A stretch of DNA of 64,000 nucleotides from Octopus sinensis (taxonomy: Eukaryota): contig NC_043006.1 in NCBI RefSeq assembly GCF_006345805.1, forward strand, positions 23,312,001 to 23,376,000. The letters are read 5' to 3'. Below, in pieces: positions 1 to 13,302 of the stretch (its first letter is position 1; each line of letters opens with the position of its first letter). The translations under genes were made by a program, and so were the position numbers. Below the pieces are notes generated by a model, which had not been told where the DNA came from, did no database searches, and saw only the letters and a list, made by a program, of their open reading frames with translations.

Positions 1-840
1 TAATTATACATCTATATATATATACATCTATATATATATACACAGACATAAACACACACTCATACACACACACGCGCGCACGCACGCACGGATTAAATGT
101 AACAAATTAAAAAGCAACAAAGTTTATTTGAAATATCGGTTACAGAAAGTCATAAGCAGTGACCCTGCACCAATTTCAGAAATATTTCCCCACAAGTTGT
201 AGCTGAAAATTGAAACTGTATGTGCCAGAGGGAGGTGCAACGAATGATAGAAAAAAAAAAGTACCCTTAAATTCTTTTATTTCATTTACTTTATTTTATT
301 TATTTTTATTTTTAGATATAGATTTTTATTATATTTATGAAATGAAAGAAAACATGTCTGGAAATTAAGATAAATAAATAAAAAGATAAACAAAACATGG
401 AATGTTGTTGTTATTGGCTCTCAACATCCGTTTTAAGATCAAATTAAAAACCAAAATTACAGAATTCCATTATGATTACAGTTCCAGTTATATCGAAATA
501 GAAGTTTAAAAATAACCCTTTCTAATAAAGGCACATGGGCTGAAACTTGAGGGGAGGGGACTTGTCGATTACATTGATCCTCGTGTTTTATTGGTACTTA
601 ATTTATCGACCCTGAAAGGATGAAAGGAAAAGTCGACCCTTGCGAAATTTGAACTCAGAACGTAGCGACAGGAGAAATACTAGAAAGCGTTTCATCCAGC
701 GCGCTAACGATTCTGCTGTGTTTAAAAATAACAATAAAGGCTTCAAATTTTGGCAAAAGTAATATTTTTAGGGAAGAGGGTAAATTGATTCCATCGACTC
801 ACCTGGGGCTTATTTTATCGACTCAACAGCATTCGACCTC

Positions 841-1981
841 GGGGGTCTTCTCTGCTTGGCTCCCACTTTGAAATTAGAGAATTTAGTGAAAATTTTCAAA
901 TTCGGTACATTGATGTAATTTTTCACTTTGCCAGAAATTTTGGGGGAAAATGTCTCAGCGGTTTAGACATTGATTATTTTTACCCAATCAGAAAGCAGGA
1001 ATTGGAAGCTCGCATTTTGTGCGTGATGACAACATTACGACGACAAAACGTTCAACGACGGTAGTTCCCAGTTTTAATGAATAAAGACATGTGAAATGCT
1101 GGAACAGGTAGGTAAACAATATCAAAAGAAAAAAAATCCTCAATGAAATTTTTTTGCAAAAAAGTACAAAAAAAAAAAAAACATACTGAATGCTAGATTA
1201 CGAAAAAACAAATTGAACTATAAATTATAAAAACATAATAAAATAAAAATCAGAAAGAACACTGTAGTTCAGTTCTTGTGAAAAATGCATGTTTTGTAGC
1301 TAAGATTCAAAGACGAAAGTTTGCGATGCACTCTGGGAGTTTGTCGAAACAAATTACAATTTCGTTTTCCTGCGTCTCATAAACTCGCAGAATTTATGTC
1401 AACCATAGAACGGTGGATGCCACCGCATCGTTTATAACTTCGTTTTACAGAGGCCCATGCGCTTTACACTCACTGCGTGTGGGTAACATCTTTCGAGTTA
1501 ATAAACTCAACGATGCGGTTCATTGTTTTATGTCAAAAATTATAACTATCAATTTTAAGAATGAGAGAGTAGGCTCTCCACAAGCCACTGAAAATTGTGG
1601 TTCCTGGAAGAATCGACAGACGTAGGCTTTCCCCCAGTGTGCTGTGATTTCGACATGGCACTGCATAAAGAAAGCATGTCTCATCTCGCGACACACTCTT
1701 CCGAAAACCCACTGCTTATATAGCACCCTTCCTCGGTTAGCAGATTATAACTTGGTTTGTTACAATGAAAACAAGCACCAATAGGTCTGACTTCCGAACG
1801 GCTAAAATTACCAAAAATTTACAAACTTTAAAAGCTATCAACTTTTTATTAATTAATTAATTTTGTATTCTAATCATTTGCATAATTAGAATACAAAACT
1901 ACATCAATACACCAAATTTGAAATCAACCGGAACAAAATTTGAGGACTTGAAAAGTGTGAGCCAAACAAGGAGATCAGCCC
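841..1981 (-). mobile_element. Merlin (IS1016/ISXO2-like) DNA transposon, decayed, inserted into a SINE
   Basis: Imperfect terminal inverted repeats: left GGGGTCTTCTCTGCTTGGCTCCCACTTT, right (reverse complement) GGGCTGATCTCCTTGTTTGGCTCACACTTT, with a further matching block TTCAAATTYGGT..ATTGATGTA. The minus strand at about 1365-1750 translates to NRGRVLYKQWVFGRVCRE and TMNRIVEFINSKDVTHTQ*V*SAWASVKRSYKRCGGIHRSMVD..FCEFMRRR, matching ISXO2/Merlin motifs (RGR..QWVFG, HTQxIESxW, EFMWRR). No TSD recognised. Confidence 0.8.
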
Positions 1982-2798
1982 TCAGAATGTAAAAGGTAGG
2001 AAGACATACCTTAAAATATTTTGGTCGACGCACTAACGATTCTCCCAGAAAGAAAGAAAGAAAGAAAGGAAAAGAAAGACACCTTTCTGCTAAGAGGCAC
2101 AAGGCCTGAAATTTTAGGTGTTGGAGTTAAAAAGGAAAAACAAAATCGACCTCGGTGAAATTTTTGTTCAGAACGTAGAAAACTAGAAGAAAAGCCTCAA
2201 AATATTTTGTCCAATTCTGACAGTTCGCCGTTTTACAATAGAAAAAAAAAATCTCTTCGATGGCTTTTGTATTTCATCAATTTTATTTTACTAGAAATAT
2301 AATATATTTAAAAATAATCGAATCTACTTCACTAACAGTTTCATATCTGTCCTCGGTGAAGCAATCTGAGATTTCGTTTTGTTTAGTTCTTTTTTTTTTT
2401 TTTCTAGTTTGATAATGATGGAAATGAAATGAAATGGTAACAACTGAGAATGAATATCGGTGCGTGTATGTGTGTGTGTGTGTGGCGGGGGAAAACAAAC
2501 ATTATTCACGGCTTATCGTTTAAGTAAATTCGTTTAATTAAATTAAAAAGTTCATGATTATGTTTGCTATAAATAGTGAGTTATTTGGTTTCCTTTCTTT
2601 CTTTCGTTCTTTCTTTTAACATTCTTTTACTTGTTTCAGTTATTAGACTGTGGCCATGCTGGGGTACCACCTTGAAAAAATTTTTAGTCGAAGGTATAGA
2701 CCCCAGCACTTATTTTCTTTTTAAACCTGGTATTATTATTCCATTGCTCTGGTATGCCGAACCACTAAGATACTTGGACGTAAGCACACCAAGACAGA

Positions 2799-2801
<3 letters not shown>

Positions 2802-2861
<60 letters not shown>

Positions 2862-2864
2862 CAC

Positions 2865-2912
<48 letters not shown>

Positions 2913-2914
2913 CC

Positions 2915-3001
<87 letters not shown>
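2802..3001. repeat. Compound microsatellite (CA)n-(AAC)n
   Basis: Directly visible. It generates the spurious ORFs at 2576, 2710 and 2736. Confidence 0.97.
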
Positions 3002-3002
<1 letters not shown>

Positions 3003-3590
3003 AGATGGAGAATATCACATCTTTATTTGATGATTTCACCATATAGGACTGACGATCATTTCTATTTTGCCAACATGTTTCGATATAGAAAAGGGTACAA
3101 AATACCATTCAGTCCAATATATCCGAAGTGTATTCAGACACAGTTAACAGGGCCAGCCATAACAAATTGAATGTTAAACGAACTGACATAATAGCTATAA
3201 TATAATTTATGAACGCAAACAAAAAGAGCGCTAAGAAGAAGTATTGCTTTTTTAAGGAAATCCCGTTTAGCATTTAAACTTACGATGACGTCTGTAGACA
3301 ACAAAAGGATAAAAAATAACTATAAAAATGCTACATTGAGTGCTTTATAGATATCTACCTGAATTTATTAATCCATATTACATACATACATACATACACA
3401 CATGCATGAATACATACATACATACATACATACATACATACATACATACATACATACATACATACATACATACATACATACATACATAGTTAATCCAAAC
3501 ATGAAAACACAAAGAGAAAACATAACAACGTGAGGACGTGGAACAAGTATAGTGTTATTGGACGCTCAGGAAAGGAAAGAAACAAGGAGG

Positions 3591-3625
3591 ATTTAACGTT
3601 TCGAGCGGAGCTCTTCGTCAGAAAC
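3591..3625 (-). ncRNA. Minimal type-I hammerhead-ribozyme-like motif (Penelope-type)
   Basis: Minus strand reads GTTT CTGACGA A GAGC-TCC-GCTC GAAAC GTT AAAT: both conserved core boxes, a 4-bp stem II, a palindromic AACGTT in place of stem III, and a short stem I (GTTT/AAAT). Confidence 0.55.
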
Positions 3626-5241
3626 ATAGGAAAAGGAAAGATCCAAGGAAGAGAAGACGGAGGAAAAAATCGCCAACGGTACACACACGGTCACATTTTG
3701 AATGATGCATGAATACATACATACATACATCACCCAAATATTGTTGTGTGGGACCATAAAGAAAAGATATGTTCTTTCGTGGAAATCGGTTGTCCTTAGA
3801 AAACGCTGTACTCTTTCACCACAACTTTCTCTCACTCTTTCTTCCTACTTCTTCCACAAAGCAGAGTAACCATGGTGTAACCCACTATGGTGTGGTAAAC
3901 TTTCAGACCCTAGTCTAGATTGCGAACCCTCTGTACCCCAGGATGGTTCAGCTCTCCACCCGTTAAAAGCCACCGTTTACGGAATGAGGATAACAACGTA
4001 GCTCTCGCGCCCGTGCAACCGCCAGTCTATCGCGTGTGGTGGGTGGATCTTCAAGCTGCCACATGCATTTTTAGTAGCTTAGAGTAGGCTCGAATTCGAG
4101 ATTATTCTTTGTGGCTAATGGCGTGAGTCCTGATTTGAAGAAGAAGAAGACAGCAATGAGAGCAATAAAAAGAAAATTCTTTGCAAGCCTTTCTTATAAT
4201 TGAAGTTGGGTCAGGAGAAGTTAAAAGAAAAAAATAAAGATTTTTTAAAATGTCATATCAGGAAAAAGATACTGCGCGTGGGAGGTGTAAATCACCTCAG
4301 TTATATTAATTCTTTGTAATAAAACACAATACTGAATTTTTTAATGCAGTATTTCGTAGATTGTCATCTGCGATGGTTAAATATTGACAATATGGAACAG
4401 TTTCCAAAATGTTAATATGCCTCTATTTTGACTTAAGATGTGTCACCACTTTATGTAGGATAGGCAAAGATTTACGCACTTTGTTCAAGAATCGGAACAG
4501 CACCAAATTCCTTGAGCTAAAACCAGTTCACTGAAGTTCCTTTCTAGTCTGGGTGAAAGCCTCAGGAGGGCCGTTACTGACTTCTCTATGCTGGTAGTTG
4601 GATGAGGTGTTCACGTGCTCAGGTGATTAACTCTGATCATAAACGTTAATCACTTAGCTTCACATGTTTCGAGGGAACTGAAATGGCATGCTGTGATGTT
4701 CATATCTTAACAAACCAAAAACTGTTCAAACTATAAACGGCTGATTTCTCTTAGTTTATCAAGCATCAATTTCTCCCAGGTGAAGAAAAACAGCCTCGTC
4801 AAGGAATCGAACCCTTATTGCAAAGTCGGTTCACTAATCTTATACTACCTTATACTACCTTGATATTGTTATTTAACCTCAGATCTGGGTAACGTACGAT
4901 CAGCATTCCGGGCATGCCCATCCCATCAGTTGCATATCTGCCACTATATTTTCCAATGTCCTCTTTATCAAGTCCGTAAGAGTGATTGCATAGGGGACCT
5001 TTCAGCAACATAAGTGAAGGGAAATAGGACATAAACTCCTGTCTTAGAATCGAAACCTGGAAGGTTAGATTCAACCATTGATATTGATGTAAACTACCAG
5101 ACTTCATTCCAGATTTCTTGTTCTTTCTTTCCTTTGGTAAGTTATGTTGAGCTAAGAAGATTGTTGCTTCAATAACAGCGTTTCATTGATCCGTAAACAT
5201 TACCATTGATCCGAATCCTTCTGCTAACGCTTCACTACACG

Positions 5242-5307
5242 TCAACTGAAGCGACATCGAGCAAGTAAAATATTTGCGGTTCCATCCAGGATTGAAACCC
5301 GACCCTC
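5242..5307 (-). other. Candidate terminal coding exon of an uncharacterised minus-strand transcript
   Basis: Minus-strand acceptor CTTTTTATCTTTCCCAG|GAG. Phase-0 reading gives EGRVSILDGTANILLARCRFS*, followed by about 1.2 kb of repeat-poor sequence. No homology recognised. Confidence 0.2.
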
Positions 5308-5894
5308 CTGGGAAAGATAAAAAGCTGTTTCATTTATTTTTACTAAACTAAAAAAATGTAGTTCAATACACATAATGGTTTCAAATTTTGGCACAAGACC
5401 AGCAACTTCGGGGGAGGGGGTAGTTGATTTAATCGACTCCAGTGCTCAACTGGTACTTATTTTATCGACCCCGAAAGGATGAAAGGCAAAATAGACCCAG
5501 ACCCCGGCGTAACGGACGAAATACCGCTAAGTATTTTCCAGTCGTGACAACGATTCTGCCAGCTCGCCACCTTTAGTTCAATACACATAATAAATTACGG
5601 AGACTTTGATAGAGAACTATTTTCCAGGCAGCCAAAACATCACACGAATTCAATTCGTATTTGAAGTCAGTTCATCTTAGTTATAAAGTAACTAGCACTC
5701 TGTCGGTTACGATGACGAGAGTTCCAGTTGATCCGATCAACGGAACAGCCTGCTCGTGAAGTTAACATGCAAGTGGCTGAGCACTCCACAGACACGTAGT
5801 TGTCAGCGGGGTTCAGCGTAACACAGAATGTGACAAGGCTGACCCTCTAAAATGCAATTCATTTTTGCCAACTGTGTTGGCTGGAGAGAAGAAG

Positions 5895-6525
5895 CAGAGT
5901 AATTCTTTCGCCAAAGACTGCCTCCTGATCAATGAAGAAATTTTGAGACAACTTCCAGTGACTGCCGTACCTATTATAGTACAGATAAAGTTTTGACAGG
6001 TGATCCTGCAGAGGCTGAGCGCTATCCACTTGAATTTCTAAACTCTTTGACACCAGCAGGAGTACCTCCTCATAAATTAAGTTTAAAACCCGGCTTAATA
6101 GTAATGCTTCTTCGTAACATTTCTATCCAAAATGGACTCTGCAATGGTACAAAGCTGAAGTGGTGGCCATGCATCAACATTCAATCGAGACTTTCTTGAT
6201 TAGCGGCTCACTAATTGGCAGACGTGTCCTCACCCCCAGAATAAAGCTGGCTCCAAGCGACCCTAAGTTGCCATTCACCTTGGGGAGAACCCACTTTTCT
6301 GTCCGTTTGTCATATGCCATGACTATTAACAAGTCACAGGGGCAGACATTGGGGAAGGTGGGATTGTTCTTACCTGCTAGTGTTCAGTCACGGGCAGTTG
6401 TATGTGGCATACTCTAGAGCTCACAAACTCTTAGATGTAAGGGTTAAGGTAATGGAGACAGACAAGGAAAAAGAAGAAGGCGAACTGTTACTAAGAACAT
6501 TATCTGCCGAGAGGTACTGACTTCA
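5895..6525 (+). pseudogene. Helitron RepHel Pif1-like helicase C-terminal fragment (frameshifted)
   Basis: ORFs at 5993 and 6160 give YPLEFLNSLTPAGVPPHKLSLKPGLIVMLLRNISIQNGLCNGT and PRIKL..F.VRLSYAMTINKSQGQTL.KVGL, then (shifted frame) FSHGQLYVAYSR and TKNIICREVL. These are classic Helitron Pif1 motifs. Confidence 0.93.
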
Positions 6526-6750
6526 AGGAGCGGAGTGTTTACAGAAATCCTATAGACCCTTGATTGCATTATGTATGTGTCCTTGGTTTATATGTATACA
6601 TACATACATTATTATTTATTTATTATTTTTCACTTTACTTAATCATTGTTATATGTTTTAACTTATATTTAATCTTTCTATAATATGTAATTTTTCTAAT
6701 GGTATAATTTAATTTTTCATAATTGAATTGCTGAAAGTGGTTTTATTCTA

Positions 6751-6834
<84 letters not shown>

Positions 6835-7075
6835 TAGAATAAAACCACAAATGGCGGTGCCCCAGCATGGCCACAGCTCATTAGCTGAAACTGGAAAAAT
6901 CAAAATCAAAAATCATATATATATATATATATAATATATAAAGAAAACCGGACGCAAAGGATTCTGCGTACATATGTTTCGGGCTTTATTGAACATTATA
7001 TCAATGCATAATATCCTATCACCTATACACTAGCTGGTATATACAGGTGCTACAGTTATATATATAATTATATAT

Positions 7076-7124
<49 letters not shown>

Positions 7125-7529
7125 TATATACATACATGTACATACATACATATATATAACTAATATCTTTCAAAAGAGAAACTATTCATGTGTGACGTAT
7201 ATTATATAGTTTTGTACATATATAGGTCTATTATTTTATGTATTCATATCGGAAGAAACTTGCATGATTCTATATTGGGAAGGGGAAGTACCACGGACTG
7301 ATTGGCATTGGCAATCTTGCACACATGGTGGACACGCCCAAGTTTCACTATGTGTTGTTTATTTTCCCAGCCTATGAGCATTGCATGTTAAAGAAGGATT
7401 GAATTAATAGCTAAATTTTATGTATTTGTAAATAGAACTGAACAAATATACGCTAAGTATCTCATTCTATACACGCACATATATTTGCGGAAAAGGCTTA
7501 TTATTTGCTCAAGATTATATTAATCGGTT

Positions 7530-7555
7530 CGTGGAAATTCCACGGGTCCCGCTAG
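7530..7555 (+). mobile_element. Helitron 3' terminus (hairpin plus CTAG), probable end of the element carrying the 5895-6525 helicase
   Basis: Hairpin CGTGGAAATTCCACG followed after 7 nt by CTAG|T, on the same strand and downstream of the helicase remnant. Confidence 0.7.
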
Positions 7556-7709
7556 TATATATATATTCATAATTTAGGGTACTAACAGGTGGTACCGGTA
7601 ATCTAACATAGCTATGGTAGAATGCGGGTACCACTTGCTAGTACCCTTAATTACTAATATTTACCTTTATTGTTTTTTCACGCATGCTAAGTCACTGATA
7701 TTATTAATA

Positions 7710-7740
<31 letters not shown>

Positions 7741-7839
7741 TATACATGCATGCATACACATACATACATGTGTGTGTATGTATGTATGTATGTATGTATG
7801 TATGTATGTATGTATGTATGTATGTATGCATGCATGTAC

Positions 7840-7872
<33 letters not shown>

Positions 7873-7946
7873 TGTATGTATGTATGTATGTGTGTATGTA
7901 TGTATGTATGTATGTATGTATGTATGTATGTGTGTATATATGTGTG

Positions 7947-7980
<34 letters not shown>

Positions 7981-7986
7981 TGTGTG

Positions 7987-8017
<31 letters not shown>

Positions 8018-8266
8018 CTGTGTATGTGTATGTGTGTATGTATGTTCTTCTCTATCTCTTTAATTTTAGAATAAACTTTGACCAGTCACTACTTGGTACC
8101 AATGTATGTAAATATGTATAGATATGTATATATACATATATGTATACATATACATATATATATATACATACATATGTATATATGTATGTGTATGTTTGTG
8201 TGTGTATATATATTTATGTATGTATATATGTGTGTGTGCATGTGTGTGTGTGCGTGCTTGTATGCA

Positions 8267-8329
<63 letters not shown>

Positions 8330-8946
8330 CCGTGTGTGTGTGTGTACTGTGTTCTCGTGTAGATAATTGTGTTTAATTATGTTCCTGAGCAGATAAACTG
8401 ACGTGTTATGTGTGTGTGTATAAATATATGTGTATATATATATGCACGTGTGTGTGTGTGTGTGTGTGTGTGGACGCCTGCGTGCGTGTTTATGTGTGTG
8501 ATGGCATGTTTTTTGTCAATGGAAAAATGCATTCAAATATGCTTGCTATCATAGAAGTAATTGTGTATAGTTATTGTGAAGACCTTGAGGAATGTGTTGT
8601 CCCTAGTGTTATTGTGGTTGTTATTGTTGGCGTTGTTGTTGTTTGAGGACATCAAAGGAAACTTGACTGAGTCTTTGAGAAACAACTCTTTCAGGCTTTC
8701 TCCCTCCTCCCCTTCTCGCTCTTGTTCATATTCTCTCCACACTCTGTCGCTTTCTCCCTCATATTCCCTCTCTCCTCATTGTCCGACCCTTTTTTCTTCT
8801 TTCCATACGTACAAGTTGTGCTGGGAAATTTGTGTGTATATGTAAATGTGTGAGTGTGCGCGCGCGTGCTTGTGTTTGTGTGTATATGTATTATACATAT
8901 TATATACATGATATATACATATATATATATATATTTATATTTAATG

Positions 8947-8993
<47 letters not shown>

Positions 8994-9222
8994 CTGTGTT
9001 TGTCCCCCTAGCATTGCTTGACAACCGATGCTGGTGTGTTTATGTCCCCGTTACTTAGCGGTTCGGCAAAAGAGACAAATAGAATAAGTACTGGGCTTAC
9101 AAAAGAATAAGTCTCGGGGTCGAGTTGCTCGATTAAAGGCGGTGCTCCAGCATGGCCGCAGTCAAATGACTGAAACAAGTAAAAGAGTAAAAGAGTAAAA
9201 GAATATATATATATATATAAAA

Positions 9223-10415
9223 CTAGCAGAGATACCCGGCGTTGCCCGGTTACATTCAATTGAAGAATTAGACTTTTCTGTTTATATATACGGATACACA
9301 CACACACCCCACACACACACACACACACACACATACATGTATATTAATATAAATACAAGAAAGTACATGAAGTTTGTTAAAAAAAAGGAAATCATGTATA
9401 TATCTCCTGGCTGTTGAGATTATAACACCTCGTTGTAAACAATGTTCCTTGCTTTTCCTTGTGGAGCATATACAAAAAGGTTTCTTTTGGTTCCTACTCT
9501 TGAGCAGCCAACATAGTTGCCCATGCGAGAAGCAGGGCTCTTCCAAGAGAAGACCAGCTACAGAGAGGGTTTGACCCTGAGATTTGTTAATGGACATGGC
9601 AAAGCTGACACAAAGGGGGAATTGTAGTCTTCTGAATGTAAATGGAATTTCTGCTCCTGATGGAGTAAGAGGAATTCTTGGAATAAAGACGTCATCAACT
9701 TTTCCACATCCAGAAAGAATGATCGCCTCGATAACGTGTGACATCATTTTCTTTATCACTAGTCGTGTTCCATTGCAAAGACTTGGTGGTTCCAGATTGC
9801 GGAGTAGCATTACAGGAGTTCCAACTTTAAGTGCTAATATGTGTGAAGGTAGTCCAGGAGGCTCCAGTGAATTGAGAAATTCAGGAGGATAGTTCACAAC
9901 TTCATTTATATCTGGAATTGTATCAACAGACTTGTAAGTGTGTATAGTGCCGGGAAGAGAATGCATTAGCTGTTGATTAATTTTGTTAGCAGCGATGTTT
10001 TTTGGAGCTAATATTGCTCTTTCACACAGCCAATTGTGATTTTGGTAGTTTTGTGTGAAGTTGGGAAAGACTTTGTTTTTTAGGTCATCTACAGAATTAA
10101 CAACAGAGGAAAATGACCACACTTCCATTTGTCCTGCAGCATCGAGAGGCATCTTGCCTTCACCAAGTGTCAAAATGTCCTGTGCAAACTTTGTGGACAT
10201 TTTGTAGCCGTGTAGCTGAGCTCTCATGTTAGTGGTGAGACTGAGGATTGTAACATGGTGCCACAGAGTAGAGGACTTTAGGCATACTTGGACTTCGTCT
10301 GCTCTAGTGCCTTTCGGAATGACAGGAAGAGTTTGCCTGCAATCACCTGACAACAGAAGCGTTACACCTCCCATTGGAGCCTGACAGTCTCGGATGTCTT
10401 TCAGGGCTCTTTGAA
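9223..10415 (-). mobile_element. Helitron 3' portion: Pif1 helicase remnant plus intact 3' end
   Basis: ORF 9268..10506 contains MGGVTLLLSGDCRQTLPVIPKG, ERAILAPKN, YPPEFLNSLEPPGLPSH, LCNGTRL, FAMSINKSQGQTL and FSHGQL, with a frameshift near the C-terminus. The minus-strand end is CCGGGCAACGCCGGG..CTAG|T with CTAG at 9223-9226. Confidence 0.93.
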
Positions 10416-11030
10416 TTGTCCGTACGCTATGAAGGTTAGAGGTGAAGTGGATGACAATATACTTCACTTGATAAGGTAGCATGTGGTAGATATCTGTTAC
10501 CATCATCCATTGTCCCGTAGTGAGAAGTAAGTTTTATTTCCCTGTGTTGGGAATGAAATGAATGAGATGTAAGGTGACAATGTTTTTGAGATTCCGGTTT
10601 GTATGTAAGGCAGGTTTGAAAGTGTTCCCAACAGTTATTAGTTGTAGTGGTAGAGTGTTTATGCCGAATATGTACGTATGCATGTATATATATGTATGTA
10701 TATATGTACAAAATCCACTGAGGTTTTTGTTGGTCTGAGGCTACAGCAGAAGACACATGCCAAGTCACCACACAGTGGGACTGAACCCAGGACCATGTGT
10801 TTGGAACGTAGTTTGTTACCACACAGCTTTACCTGCCCCTATGTATGTGTGTGTGTGTGCGTATGTGTGTATGGGTAGATATATTATGATATATTATGTA
10901 TATATGTGTATATATATGTGTGTACATATTACATGTACATCTATATATACACATCTACACATAAAATACAAAATACAAAGTTATATCTTGATATCGCTAG
11001 TGATAACAATACTCAAAATATATAACAGAC

Positions 11031-11144
11031 TGGAATTGTAGGCCGTCTCTTGGCCATTTCTATCAACTTGATCTTGTCCTCCTCTTGTATAGAAGGTGTA
11101 CGGCTGCAGCGAAATTCATTTTGACTTTCTTGTATCGAAGGCAT
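11031..11144 (-). other. Candidate first coding exon segment MPSIQESQNEFRCSRTPSIQEEDKIKLIEMAKRRPTIP
   Basis: AAAATG start context and 38 non-repetitive codons in unique sequence, followed by a weak donor CCA|GTCTGT. No family recognised. Confidence 0.25.
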
Positions 11145-11919
11145 TTTAACAAATGCTTCCGTAAAGACGGTGAAAATATTGTCAATCCCCAAACATGGAC
11201 ACAATTCAATTTTGAACAATAACCAAAGCCCCTTCTCCGCCGAAAGGGGAGGGTTACGGTTTACAATTATTTAACAAATGCAACACAACAACGTTTCCCT
11301 GACGAGAGACCTTTCTCTGGATGCGATCCAGGATACGTGTAGTTGAACACCCATACAGCACACTTCATTATGAAAGCCTCATTTGAGCTTTGTTGTGCGC
11401 TAGCAATTGTTAGAGCCTGATGTATTTTTGTACCTGAAGATAAGAGTCTGTCATTAAGATGCCGTCCTAATGATATAAAGTACGTACGTTCGCCGGGAGA
11501 ATTCCTCAATGACAGTGATAGCCAACATTTGATACGACCGTCAGGGAATCTAGATGAGAAGTGTACGACGCGGTTTTCTTGATATGAGGAATGCTTGGAT
11601 TTTGGGCATTAAAACACTTACCTACATATATATGCGTTATAAGTGTGAGGGAGACGGATAGAGAAAAGAAGTGAAAGACTTGTGGTGGAGCGAGAAAAGC
11701 AATGTCTATGTGTGAAAAAGAAAAATACCAAAAGTGAAAGATAGAGACTATCTTTATAAGGCTTTGTAGATGATAAAAAAAGGAAAAGGACCAGGCTGAT
11801 ACAAACATATACACACACGTGCAAATGTGTGTGCATATATGTATAGATATATATGTACACATACACAAGCATACATGCAAATGTTATATATATATATAAT
11901 ATATATATCTATATATATA

Positions 11920-11959
<40 letters not shown>

Positions 11960-12420
11960 CACATATACATATATAGAGAGGTATAAATATATGTCTACAT
12001 GTATATATAAATACGTGTGTGAGTGTGTGATTAGAACGTGTAAAGAATAGTGAGCCGTACAGTAAGAAATTAGAGACAAACACGAAGACCTCCCTATGTA
12101 GCTCCATACAAACATGAACGAGCATAAGTGAAGAGAATGAAGAAAATTATGTTGGGTGGGGGGTGGGGGGTTAGAGGTAAGTGATGGGCAAATGACGAAA
12201 GAAACGGAGCGAATGGCGGTGAGTAAGAGACAAAAGAATTTTGTTTTATCAAAGGTTTTGAGCGGCGTGAAAGTAAATAACAGTTGTGTTATGGTTTAAA
12301 ATATCTGTTTCATGGGCCCTTCCCCTTCTCCTCCTCCTCCTTTTCCTCATCCGTTCCTCCTTCCACTGCGGTGTGGTAATCATAAACTGGAATTGTTGCT
12401 CTGTTGAGAAGCTCACTTAC

Positions 12421-12655
12421 CGCCACCTATCAGGTCAGCGCCTGATCAAGCACAAACCCTAATAAAACGACTGGGTTTGCGTCCTTTTCGACGGTGACTG
12501 CGTCAATTGTTCGACCATCACATTCATTGTCTTTAAATTGTATGTGGTCGTGTATTCCGCAGACATGAATGTGTTTAACCCGGAAGTCCTTCGGTATTAA
12601 CAGACGACGTCCTTCACCCACATAAACTTCCCTCATGACAGACATAGAGGCTAGG
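12421..12655 (-). other. Candidate internal exon (5'UTR/lncRNA or small ORF)
   Basis: Bounded by acceptor CCCCCTTTTCAG| and donor GCG|GTAAGT. It fully contains the 71-aa ORF 12430..12645 and lies in unique, relatively GC-rich sequence. Confidence 0.35.
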
Positions 12656-13302
12656 CTGAAAAAGGGGGTGGATGACGTCGTCTCCTCATACCGACAGTCT
12701 ATGTGCCAATACCGAAGGATCGCCTCTTAACCCTTAGCGTAATCATCGAGTTGAATGAGTGACAGAAACACTGCGCGGGAATTGAATTACGGGTACAATC
12801 CATCCATCCATTCTTCAAGCTTCTGCACATGTTTCTGTCTAGTTTCACTGAGAAAGTGTGGATTGGCCTAAGGTGATGGTAAAATACACTTGTCCAATAT
12901 GCCACACACTGAGATCGAACCTGGGATTTATTGATTACAAAGTGACCTTCCTAGCCATTCGGCCATACCTTTGTCTTTATAACAATACTAGACGTGTATG
13001 GCTGTATAAAATACTATACGTGCGGTAAACAAAACCCCCAAATTCGCTATTCTTTATGAGTAAAATAAGGGAAATTTTTCTGTCGCCCCCGGTATATTAC
13101 AACCCAAAGCCTACTTTTGTTGTTCCCGTGTATTATATCCCGGTCATCCCTGATCGTATCAACTTGTGATTAAAAACGTTCCAACCGTGACCATACCATC
13201 TGATTTTCAGAGTCAGTACATCTAGGACTGCATTATCCACTGTATCCAACCTGATGAGATGTTGATTTTGTAGAGGGAGAAATTTAGCTGGTATTTCTTA
13301 TA

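Noticed and set aside
4780-5136. Plus-strand exon (TTTCTCCCAG| ... TTG|GTAAGT)
   Set aside because: No recognisable coding frame and no partner plus-strand exons. It also shows that isolated splice-like motifs arise easily here, which lowers confidence in the minus-strand model.
7614-8376. Long ORFs rich in MYVC/YI/HT/CV repeats (also near 24.6-26, 28.5-29, 33.5-34.8, 36, 40.5-43 and 55.5-56.3 kb)
   Set aside because: They are translations of (TATG)n, (TA)n and (CA)n microsatellites, which lack stop codons in several frames.
9268-10506. 412-aa ORF as a host PIF1 gene
   Set aside because: It lacks the N-terminal Walker A region, is frameshifted at the C-terminus, is intronless, and is followed by a Helitron hairpin-CTAG end.
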